From the NCBI GenBank assembly GCA_036504215.1, contig DASXVO010000021.1, forward strand, positions 80,428 to 144,427: 64,000 bases of DNA, read 5' to 3'. Origin of the DNA: Vicinamibacterales bacterium. GTDB lineage: Bacteria; Acidobacteriota; Vicinamibacteria; Vicinamibacterales; Fen-181. The notes beneath the pieces are model-generated. The model had not been told where the DNA came from, ran no database searches, and saw only the letters and a program-made list of their open reading frames with translations. Within the stretch, counting starts at the first letter, position 1. Each line of letters begins with the position of its first letter. Below, piece by piece: positions 43,766 to 51,928 of the stretch. A program made the translations under genes and the position numbers.

Positions 43766-44112
43766 AGCTCGTCGTACTTTCGGTTCGAGCCCCGGGCCTT
43801 CTCCACCGGATACCGCACCTCGTTCTGGCGGAGCTTCCTGCGCATGGCAGCCGCGAGGTCAATCTTGGAGTTGTCGGCGAGCTCGAAGAGGAGAATCGCG
43901 ACGTCTGCGATCTCCGATTCGATCTCCGAACGGTGGTCCACGATGCGGCGGTTCGACTGGTCGGGATCCTGCCAGACGAAGTGCTGGAGCAGTTCGCCCG
44001 CCTCAGCCGTGATGGCAACGGCCAACTCCTTCGGGTTGTGGAACTGCTTCCAGTCGCGCGCGTCGCGAAACGCGCGAATCTCCGCGGTCAGGGCGTCGAT
44101 CGTGGTGGGCAT
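43762..44112 (-). CDS. MazG-like nucleotide pyrophosphohydrolase
   Basis: 116 aa. F...R.W.QFH.PK.LA.AI..EAGEL...F.W and EIADV..LL..LA are typical of small all-alpha MazG/dCTPase-like NTP pyrophosphatases. Its stop overlaps the rsmH-like start by 4 nt. Confidence 0.85.
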   Translation of the reverse strand: MPTTIDALTAEIRAFRDARDWKQFHNPKELAVAITAEAGELLQHFVWQDPDQSNRRIVDHRSEIESEIADVAILLFELADNSKIDLAAAMRRKLRQNEVRYPVEKARGSNRKYDEL

Positions 44113-44189
44113 GGGAGCGATCCTAACACCGCACGTCCACCAGCCTGGTTCGGCGGTGCCGTTCTGGTAGAATCGCGCCGGATACCATT

Positions 44190-44396
44190 TTGGGACAGAC
44201 GCTCGCGCACGACGTCATCGAGTCGAAGCCGGGCGAGGGCGGAATGGGTGTCGTCTGCCGGGCTCGCGACACGCGACATGGCCGACCGGTGCCGGCTGTT
44301 CTCTACGTGCCGCCCGACGTCGCAAGGCTCGTCCATCCCCCGGCTGCTCCTCCGCCCGTCTCGTCATCACCCTCGCCCCGAGGAGAGACGTCATGA
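44190..44396 (+). pseudogene. N-terminal remnant of a Hanks-type Ser/Thr protein kinase
   Basis: The track ORF translates to MGQTLAHDVIESKPGEGGMGVVCRARDTRHGRPV..., a kinase N-lobe start with a GxGxxGxV loop. The expected VAIK lysine region reads PAVLYVPPDVA, and the ORF then degenerates into a Pro/Ser tail and stops after 68 codons. Confidence 0.5.
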
Positions 44397-45021
44397 CGCT
44401 CCGTTTGTCCATGGTCCTGTCCGTGGTCGTCGCGGCCGCGCTCTCCGGTCAATCCCGGCCCACGACCATGGAAGAGATGCACAAGCTGCATCAAGACTCG
44501 AAGGCCTACATCGCGGTGCTGGAGGACCCGGCACGCGACGCGTACCAGAAGCCGCACGAGGTGGTGATGGCGCTCGGCCTGAAGGAGGGTTCGCGCGGCA
44601 CGCCGGCGCGACCGGGCGTGTCTATGCCATCGACGTCAGCCCGGAGATGATCCTGCACCTCAATCGCCGAATCAGGGACCTGAGCCTCGACAACGTCCGG
44701 ACGATCCTCTCCCCGCCGGACGATCCCCTGCTGCCGGCCGCGTCGGTGGACCTCGTATTCATCTGCGACACCTGGCACCACATCGATCAGCGCCCGCACT
44801 ATTTGGCGCTCCTCCGCAAGGTCCTCAGGTCCGGCGGTCAGATAGCCATCGTCGACTACCAGAAGCAGGACACACCGGGCGGCCCGCCGATGGACATGCG
44901 CCTCTCACGCGAGGACGTGCAAAAGGAGTTCGAGCAGGGCGGCTTCCGCATGGTCAAGGAGCATTCGTTCCTGCCGTATCAGTACTTCGTGGTGTTCGCG
45001 CCAGCGCCGAAACCGAAGTAA
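44393..45021 (+). pseudogene. class I SAM-dependent methyltransferase disrupted by an internal out-of-frame deletion removing motif I
   Basis: The N-terminal 66 aa (MTLRLS..AYQKPHEVVMALGLKEGS) are in the frame of ORF 44393..44650. The remainder (FARHAGATGRVYAIDVSPEMI...VFICDTWHH...) is in the frame of ORF 43489..45021. The junction is at GAGGGTTCGCG, about 44588-44592, and the GxGxG SAM-binding loop is absent in either frame. Confidence 0.55.
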
Positions 45022-45051
45022 AGTCCCCAGGGTGCAGGGGCGGAGGGTGTG

Positions 45052-45846
45052 ATGAAGCAGATTCGTCGAGGCGCGCTGCTGGGGCTGTTGGCAGGTGCGG
45101 TGGTCGGCGTCGGCGCGCAGGGGCCCGGGCAGGCGCCCGGCGGCCCGCGTGAAGGCGCATATCTCTATCGGTTCTCGATGCTCCAGGCCGCGCCCGGTCG
45201 GCTGGTCGATCTCATCGACGCACTCGTGAAGCAGGCCCCGCTCGTTGCCGCAAGCGGTGACGAACTGCCCTTCATCGTCCGGCACTCACAGGGCGACCAT
45301 TGGGACCTGCTCGTCGTGTATCCGATGGGCAGCCTCGCCGAGTTCTACGGCCGTGACCGCGTGGCCAGACGCGCGGCGGTGGCCGGCACGGGCGGCAGCG
45401 ATCCGACAACGCTCGCCCGCCAAGTCCGTGCAATGTTCTCGTGGCAGGAAGATCTGTTTGTCGCGGGTCCGCCCGTCGAGGCATTCCGGGCGAACGTAAG
45501 CGGAATGGGACTGCTGCATTTCGAGATGATGCAGGCGCTTCCAGGCCGGTTCGACGATCTCGTCCAGGAGCGACGCATGGAGAATGCCTTCAACGAAGCT
45601 CGCGGACGGGGCCAGACGCTCATCTTCACGCGTGAACAGGGTGCGGCGTGGGACGTGGTGACACTGGGGGCCTACCGGAACTGGCGACACTATGCCGAGA
45701 GTGAAACCATCCCACCGGAACTCGCCGAGCAGGCGGCCCGCAAAGCCGGATTCGCCGGCGTCGACCTCGTCGGGCCCTACATGCGGACGCTCATCTCGAC
45801 GCACCGGGATACCTTGGGGCCGCCGGTCCCGGCGCCCGGACGATAG
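45052..45846 (+). CDS. secreted protein with two tandem ferredoxin-like (NIPSNAP/ABM-type) repeats, unknown function
   Basis: ATG 45052 has GGAGGG upstream. Signal peptide. Internal duplication visible as YRFSMLQAAPGRLVDLIDAL versus LHFEMMQALPGRFDDLVQER. Confidence 0.75.
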   Translation: MKQIRRGALLGLLAGAVVGVGAQGPGQAPGGPREGAYLYRFSMLQAAPGRLVDLIDALVKQAPLVAASGDELPFIVRHSQGDHWDLLVVYPMGSLAEFYGRDRVARRAAVAGTGGSDPTTLARQVRAMFSWQEDLFVAGPPVEAFRANVSGMGLLHFEMMQALPGRFDDLVQERRMENAFNEARGRGQTLIFTREQGAAWDVVTLGAYRNWRHYAESETIPPELAEQAARKAGFAGVDLVGPYMRTLISTHRDTLGPPVPAPGR

Positions 45847-45927
45847 CCGTTGGCCCCGGTACCAGGACCCGCCGGACGAACGCCCTGCCGACAGCGTCGT
45901 CGCGTGTGTTGGCAATAGCGCGGGTGC

Positions 45928-46713
45928 TTACGCCGTCCGGCGAGCGAGTGCAAAGAGCGACGTACCGCTTCTCGCGCGCCCGCTAAGGGTCAGCTTGGTC
46001 TCGGCCTTTGCGATCGCAGCGAACGCCCACGAAAGTGGAGGTCGTGGCGCTCTGACGTAACGCTCGTAGATGGCATCCGGACGCTCACCAACGTGACCCT
46101 TGCGACGCCTCCGCTGCCACCGCAGGAGCGGGACGAACGTCCGCCCCCACCAGAGCATCTCTTGGACTTCCAGCCCGGTGCCTTCGCATGCGCGGCGCAG
46201 CATTGTCTCGTCGTACCGTCTCCGATGCCCCTGCACCTCGTCGAATTCCGAGAACAGTTCCTGGAGTGCAGGAACGCTCAGCACGACCAGGCCGCCGATC
46301 TTCGCCAGGGCCGCCACGTTGGCAACGGCCGACCGGTCATCATCGATGTGTTCGATGACGTCGAGCGCAAGCACGGCATCGAACCTGGGGTGATTCTGCG
46401 GCGGCTTCTTCGTGAGGTCCGCCAGAATCAGGCGGCGCGCCCGTTGGTCGAGACGTTCGAGTGCCCGGGTCGAGACGTCGAGGCCCGTCGCGCTGAACCG
46501 ACGACGCTCCAAAGCAGCCAGCGTGACACCCCATCCACATCCGGCGTCCAGGACGTCGGCCGGCGGCATCACGAACGCACGGTCCAGCAAGGCGAGGGTG
46601 AGCCGCGCGCGCGCCTGCCACCAGGGATGTCGCTCGATCTCGCCGGCGAGGCGGACGAGCATCTCCTCGTCCATGCCTGCGCCTGCATCACCGACCGACC
46701 AGCGCTCGATCAT
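45928..46713 (-). CDS. class I SAM-dependent methyltransferase
   Basis: The 3' 261 codons of track ORF 45928..47460, from ATG 46713, which overlaps the upstream stop as ATGA. Motif I is VLDAGCGWG and the post-I acidic residue is in GLDVS. LALDVIEHI. Confidence 0.82.
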   Translation of the reverse strand: MIERWSVGDAGAGMDEEMLVRLAGEIERHPWWQARARLTLALLDRAFVMPPADVLDAGCGWGVTLAALERRRFSATGLDVSTRALERLDQRARRLILADLTKKPPQNHPRFDAVLALDVIEHIDDDRSAVANVAALAKIGGLVVLSVPALQELFSEFDEVQGHRRRYDETMLRRACEGTGLEVQEMLWWGRTFVPLLRWQRRRRKGHVGERPDAIYERYVRAPRPPLSWAFAAIAKAETKLTLSGRARSGTSLFALARRTA

Positions 46714-47705
46714 GATGGCCGTGGCCCGGACGGTGGGATTGAAGCGTCCCGACCGGTCGAAATCACGCCGGTCCGCCTGACATCGGCAGTGATGTAGCCC
46801 GGCCGTCCCTTGGCTTCCAGGAAGATCCTCCGCAGATACTCGCCGATGATGCCGAGGCTGAGGAGTTGCACGGACGCCATCACCAAAACGACGATCATGA
46901 GGCTGGCCCAGCCCGGCGGCGTCGTCTTCATGACGAAGAACCCGGCGAGCGCCCACGCAATCAGCACGACCGACACGGCGGCAAACACCAGGCCGCAGTA
47001 GGTTGCGATCAACAGGGGACGGCCGCTGAAGCCGACGAGTCCATCGAGCGCGAGGTGCACGAGGCGGCGGAGTGTGTACTTGGGCCGACCTCGGAAGCGT
47101 TCCGCGCGCGGACACTCGACGCCCACCTGACGGAAGCCAACGAATGCCCTCAGGCCGCGGACAAACCGGTTCCGTTCCGGCAGGCTGCGGAGCGCAACCA
47201 CGACCCGGCGGTCCATCAGCGAGAAGTCGCCACTGTCGAGCGGGATCTCCAGTTCGCTCACCCACCGCAGCAATCGATAGAAGGCGCGGTACGCCATTCG
47301 CTTGAGGAGGGATCCCTGCCGTCTCGAGCGGACCGCGTAGACGACGTCCGCGCCTGATCTCCACGCTGCCAACAGGCGGGGGATCGCCTCGGGCTCGTCC
47401 TGCAGATCGCCGTCCATGACAACCGTGGCCCGCGCTTCGGCGTGCTCGAGGCCGGCGCAAATGGCAGGCTGGTGGCCGAAATTCCTGCTGAGATGAACGA
47501 CCGTCACCCGGGGATCCGACTCGTGCAGACCGTCCAGCGTCGCGCCGCTGCCGTCGGTGCTACCGTCGTTGACGAAGATGATCTCGTGGGAGGTCGAGGA
47601 CACGGTGAGGACCGCAGTGAGGCGCCGATACAACTCGGCCAGGTTCTCGCTCTCGTTGAAGACGGGAATGACCACGTCGACCTCCGCCCGATCGCGCTCA
47701 CTCAT
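46710..47705 (-). CDS. GT2 polyprenyl-phosphate glycosyltransferase (ArnC/GtrB/DPM1-like) with two C-terminal TM helices
   Basis: Track ORF 46710..47795 trimmed to ATG 47705 (ATGA overlap with the upstream stop). VVIPVFNE, VNDGSTDGS, a DXD motif in MDGDLQD, and C-terminal TM helices. Confidence 0.88.
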   Translation of the reverse strand: MSERDRAEVDVVIPVFNESENLAELYRRLTAVLTVSSTSHEIIFVNDGSTDGSGATLDGLHESDPRVTVVHLSRNFGHQPAICAGLEHAEARATVVMDGDLQDEPEAIPRLLAAWRSGADVVYAVRSRRQGSLLKRMAYRAFYRLLRWVSELEIPLDSGDFSLMDRRVVVALRSLPERNRFVRGLRAFVGFRQVGVECPRAERFRGRPKYTLRRLVHLALDGLVGFSGRPLLIATYCGLVFAAVSVVLIAWALAGFFVMKTTPPGWASLMIVVLVMASVQLLSLGIIGEYLRRIFLEAKGRPGYITADVRRTGVISTGRDASIPPSGPRPS

Positions 47706-49537
47706 CGGCCGACTCCCTTTGCGGGCACCGACCCGGCGGGCCCGGAGGCGGAACGGAGGAGCACCAACTTCGGTGCTCCCACGTCTACTGCCCAAAATCG
47801 CAGCGCCGTCACGTCAGGTCCGCAGGATGCGGTCCCGCTCCACCCGTAGTTGATGCCGGGTGAGGCGTTCAATGCGGCCGCCGCGTCGGGCCGCGACTGG
47901 GACGGGAACAGCACCGTGCAGGCGACGTCGCGCCCATTGGCGGTTCGCGCCGTCACCAGTACCGTATCACACGCCTCCTGCCGCCCCGGCAGGTAGCACC
48001 ATCCGGCCGCCGCTACTCCGCCCCCGGCCTGCGGGACGACCGTGTCGACCCAGCCGACATCCTGCCTGAGCGATTCGTCGCGCGCCACGGCCGACAGGTC
48101 GCGGAACAACGGGGGACGGACGTACCCACGGTGGTCGAGCCATCGTCCGAGCCAACGCGTGGAACCGTCCGAACTGCCGTACCAAATGAGACGCTTGATA
48201 TCCGGCTGGGGAGTCACATCGATCAGCCAGAGCGCTGCCTTCGCTTGCAGTCGTTCGGTGTGGAGCTTCGGGTACTCTGGAAACGCGGCCGTCGAGGCAA
48301 GTGCATGCAGCAACATGAACCCGACGCCAGCCGCAGCACCACAGAGAACGGCCATCCTCCGCAGCACCGTTCCGGGTCTGATGGCATCCGTCCGGGTCAG
48401 GAGCAGGGCCACGATGTGGAGCAGGCCGACATGAACCCACAACGCAAATGCGACATAGCGGGGCGCGAGGGAGTAGCTCGGAGAGAATCCCAACCGCCCT
48501 GCGACGATGAGCACACCAGAGAGCAATCCAAATCCCAGAAAGGCAAGCCACGGCGCAGCGGCGGCCAGCAGTCCCTGAGCACGGCGATGTCTCACCAGGA
48601 CGCCAAGCACCGTCGCCGCCACGGCGAGTTCGACTCCACCGAACAGCGCCGGCACGGCGACGTGGCTCGGCGACCCGTCGTAGACGGACGAACCGAAGTA
48701 CAGAAGAAATGCCCGAACCGCATCCCAAGGATGCTCCAGCGCGATGGTCATCTTCGGATGCCACGGCGGTCGCTGGTAACCGTGGAAGTAGGCCCACGCG
48801 GCGAGCACGCCGCAGCCGACCCAGAACGCCACCGCCGCGATGCCAGCGTGCCGGCGCAGACGAGCGGGGCGTCTCGAAATCTCAACCGATTCCACGACCA
48901 GCGGAACGAAGATCCACAGGCTGAGCCCGTTCGAGAAGGAGTACATCCCGACGACACAGCACAGCGCGGCGACAACGCGCTTCGCCCACGCCCGCCAGCC
49001 AGAGTACGCCACCAGGATCCCAAGCGCCAGGCACAAAGGCGGCACGAACACGATGAACTGGATGCCCCACAGGGGGTTCTGGTATTGGACGAGCGAATAG
49101 AGCATCAGCGACGTACCGGCAAGAACGAGCAGGCGGATCTGAAGCGTCGTCTTGAGCGTCTGTCGGGCCACGAAATACAGCGCGGCCAGCAGCGCAGCCA
49201 TGATGCCCTGCTGAAGGAACAGCTCGGCCTTGACGTTCCAATTGGTGAGGAGCGCGAGCCCGAAGATCACCAGCTTTGGAAACGGCAGTCGGCTCTCGTT
49301 GACCTGGCAGAAGAGATCGCTCCATTCCCATTGTGCGGACACCAACTTCCTGAACACAAGGACCATGTGCCAGGAATCGTGCACCGGGACGTCCACGCCG
49401 TAGCGCCAGACGACCCATAGCATCAAGGCGGCTGGTGCACAAGCCAGGCAAACGAGCGCCGCGGTCTCGCCGCGTTGACGGTGTGGCCCTGTCGTGTCGG
49501 CGGGCCCGATTGCAGGAGATTCGGTCGTAGGCCTCAT
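47702..49537 (-). CDS. polytopic membrane protein, probable GT-C (ArnT/PMT-like) glycosyltransferase with C-terminal extracytoplasmic domain
   Basis: Track ORF 47702..49576 (TTG); ATG 49537 chosen, so the start is uncertain. At least 11 hydrophobic helices, acidic residues in the first loop (VDVPVHDSWH), and a roughly 150-aa soluble C-terminus. The functional call rests on topology and on context with the GT2 gene. Confidence 0.7.
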   Translation of the reverse strand: MRPTTESPAIGPADTTGPHRQRGETAALVCLACAPAALMLWVVWRYGVDVPVHDSWHMVLVFRKLVSAQWEWSDLFCQVNESRLPFPKLVIFGLALLTNWNVKAELFLQQGIMAALLAALYFVARQTLKTTLQIRLLVLAGTSLMLYSLVQYQNPLWGIQFIVFVPPLCLALGILVAYSGWRAWAKRVVAALCCVVGMYSFSNGLSLWIFVPLVVESVEISRRPARLRRHAGIAAVAFWVGCGVLAAWAYFHGYQRPPWHPKMTIALEHPWDAVRAFLLYFGSSVYDGSPSHVAVPALFGGVELAVAATVLGVLVRHRRAQGLLAAAAPWLAFLGFGLLSGVLIVAGRLGFSPSYSLAPRYVAFALWVHVGLLHIVALLLTRTDAIRPGTVLRRMAVLCGAAAGVGFMLLHALASTAAFPEYPKLHTERLQAKAALWLIDVTPQPDIKRLIWYGSSDGSTRWLGRWLDHRGYVRPPLFRDLSAVARDESLRQDVGWVDTVVPQAGGGVAAAGWCYLPGRQEACDTVLVTARTANGRDVACTVLFPSQSRPDAAAALNASPGINYGWSGTASCGPDVTALRFWAVDVGAPKLVLLRSASGPAGSVPAKGVGR

Positions 49538-49639
49538 GGGTCGCTCAGTCTCCGCTATGCGATGCGCGGTTGTCAATCGCCGAAGCGGTCGGCACTCCGA
49601 GCCCCAGGAGTGCCCGGACCGGGGCTATACTCACCCCTC

Positions 49640-51688
49640 ATGAGCACGCTTGACCGTCGCGAGTTCCTGGCGAGCGTCGCGGCCGGTGTCGCGGCCGGCA
49701 CGGTTCCGCTCGCCACCGAAGGCGGGACCATGGCCGCAACGCCCGGGCTCGAACAGCCGGCGCCGAAGGCCGCGGACGGCCTCGCCCAGCCCGCGTTCCG
49801 TCCGCTGCCGCTTGGTGCGGTGCGGCCCCGTGGCTGGCTGCAGCGCCAGTTGAGGATTCAGGCCGACGGCCTCACTGGACACCTCGACGAGTTCTGGCCG
49901 GACGTCGGCCAGAGCCAGTGGTTCGGGGGCACTGCGGAAGGCTGGGAGCGTGCGCCCTACTGGCTCGACGGCGCCATCCCGCTCGCGTGGCTGCTCGACG
50001 ACCAGCCGATGAAGACGCGCCTCTCGCGCTACGTCGACTACATCGTCGCGCACCAGCGCGCCGACGGCTGGTACGGTCCGTACCCCGAGGATGCCGTCGC
50101 GAAGCGGTACGACATGTGGGCGATCCTCCTCGCCAACAAGGTGCTCGCCCAGTATCACGACGCGACCGGCGACCGACGCGTCCTCGACGCTGTCGTCCGA
50201 AGCCTGCGCGCGGTCCACGCCGGCCTCGATCGCACGCCGCTCTACGGCTGGGGCAAGTTCCGGTGGTACGAAGGGGTCGTCGCCACCCTCTACGCATACG
50301 AGCGGACGCACGAGCCGTGGCTGCTCGACCTCGCGCGAAAGCTCCGCACGCAGGGCGTGGATTTCCAGAAGCTGCTCGCAACCAACGATCTCGCGGTCCC
50401 GACGCCGCGCCGCGGGCTGTGGAAGTGGACCAAGCACGTGGTCAACACGGCGATGGCCACCAAGGCCTCGGCGCTGAGCTGGCGCCTCGATCAACGCCCG
50501 ACCGATCGCGCGTTCGCCACGGCGATGATCGAGTTCCTCGACAGGCATCACGGCCAGGTCACCGGGATGTTCTCCGGCGACGAGTGCCTGGCGGGCAGAA
50601 ACCCGCTTCAGGGCACCGAGCTCTGCTCGGTCGTCGAGTTCATGTACTCGCTCGAACACCTCTTCGCGGTCTTCGGCGACCCGGTGTTCGGCGATCGCCT
50701 CGAGCGCGTCGCGTTCAATGCCCTGCCGGCGACGTTCGCGCCCGACATGTGGTCGCATCAGTACGACCAGCAGGTCAACCAGGTGCAGTGCACGATCAAC
50801 CCGGACCACCACTGGACGACCAACGGACCGGAGTCGAACCTCTACGGCCTCGAGCCCAACTTCGGATGTTGCACGTCGAACATGCACCAGGGGTGGCCGA
50901 AGTTCGTCGCACACCTGTGGATGAAGACTCCGGACGAGGGTCTGGTGGCAGCAGCGTGGGCCCCGTGCCTCGTCGAGACCCGCCTGCGCGACGTCCCCGT
51001 GTCCATGACGGTGGAGACCGACTATCCGTTCAGGGACATCATCAAGGTCACGGTCGCGCCCGGCGATCCCGTGCGCTTCCCGCTCCTGCTCCGCGTGCCG
51101 GCGTGGGCCGTGGGCCCGTCGGTGCGCGTCGGGTCAGGCCCGGAACAGCCGATGGCTCCGGGCACGCTGCACCGAATCGAGCGCGAGTGGACCAAGCCCG
51201 TGGACCTCACGCTGCGCTTCCCGATGCACGCGAAGACCTCCGTGCGCTACAACGAGGCCGTGGCCGTGGAACGCGGCCCGCTCGTGTACTCGCTGCAGAT
51301 CGGCGAGGAGTGGTCCCGCGTGAACGCCGACAAGCCGCACCGTGAGTTGCCGCACGGCGACTTCGACGTGCGCCCGACGACGCCGTGGAACTACGGGATT
51401 GTCGTGGACGACGGGCCTCAGGGCGACAGCCTGACGTTCTTAGAGCGCCCCATCGGCGAACGGCCGTTCTCACCAGGCGGCGCGGGCGTGGTGGCGACGG
51501 CGAAGGCGCGGCAGATCCCGAGCTGGAAGCTGAGCGCCGGCTGGGCCGGCGAAATCTCGCCACCCGACGTCGCGTGGTCGGACCCGGGAAAGGCCGTCAC
51601 CGACCAGCCGGTGACCGAGGTGACCCTGATCCCGTATGGCTGCACGAACATCAGGATCACGGAGTTCCCAAGGGTTCGCCGGCCGTAG
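49640..51688 (+). CDS. GH127/DUF1680-like glycoside hydrolase (beta-L-arabinofuranosidase family), Tat-exported
   Basis: Track ORF 49475..51688 trimmed to ATG 49640. Twin-arginine signal MSTLDRREFLASVAAG. Family-typical segments HLDEFWPDV, ERAPYWLDG, FGCCTSNMHQGWPKF. Confidence 0.8.
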   Translation: MSTLDRREFLASVAAGVAAGTVPLATEGGTMAATPGLEQPAPKAADGLAQPAFRPLPLGAVRPRGWLQRQLRIQADGLTGHLDEFWPDVGQSQWFGGTAEGWERAPYWLDGAIPLAWLLDDQPMKTRLSRYVDYIVAHQRADGWYGPYPEDAVAKRYDMWAILLANKVLAQYHDATGDRRVLDAVVRSLRAVHAGLDRTPLYGWGKFRWYEGVVATLYAYERTHEPWLLDLARKLRTQGVDFQKLLATNDLAVPTPRRGLWKWTKHVVNTAMATKASALSWRLDQRPTDRAFATAMIEFLDRHHGQVTGMFSGDECLAGRNPLQGTELCSVVEFMYSLEHLFAVFGDPVFGDRLERVAFNALPATFAPDMWSHQYDQQVNQVQCTINPDHHWTTNGPESNLYGLEPNFGCCTSNMHQGWPKFVAHLWMKTPDEGLVAAAWAPCLVETRLRDVPVSMTVETDYPFRDIIKVTVAPGDPVRFPLLLRVPAWAVGPSVRVGSGPEQPMAPGTLHRIEREWTKPVDLTLRFPMHAKTSVRYNEAVAVERGPLVYSLQIGEEWSRVNADKPHRELPHGDFDVRPTTPWNYGIVVDDGPQGDSLTFLERPIGERPFSPGGAGVVATAKARQIPSWKLSAGWAGEISPPDVAWSDPGKAVTDQPVTEVTLIPYGCTNIRITEFPRVRRP

Positions 51689-51773
51689 CCCGCGTCGGAT
51701 CCCCCGATGGAGCTCCCGGGCGGCGGCCGGGGAATTCGGCTTCAGGGAGGTTCCGCCATTGCGGTTTGAGCGA

Positions 51774-51845
51774 TATAATTGTCGGCAACCGTGCAGGCAT
51801 TCGTCGGACATCACGCGTCCTGATGCCTGTTGTCGATATTTTTTT
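51774..51845 (+). promoter_or_regulatory. AT-rich leader: perfect TATAAT, imperfect hairpin and T7 run upstream of the leuB-like operon
   Basis: TATAAT at 51774-51779. Hairpin CAGGCAT (51794-51800) / ATGCCTG (51823-51829) with an inner GGAC/GTCC stem. TTTTTTT at 51839-51845. All lie within the 240-bp gap before ATG 51929. Confidence 0.3.
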
Positions 51846-51928
51846 CTGCGTCGATGACCTCCGTTTTCCGCTCGGGTGCGTCGTCTGCCCCGGGCCGACC
51901 AACTCATTAGCGCTGAGGAGTAGTGCTC

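Noticed and set aside
44560-44620. Programmed ribosomal frameshift joining the two methyltransferase frames.
   Set aside because: There is no slippery heptamer or downstream structure. More decisively, the SAM-binding GxGxG segment is missing from every frame, so frameshifting could not yield a functional enzyme. A deletion or pseudogene is the better explanation.
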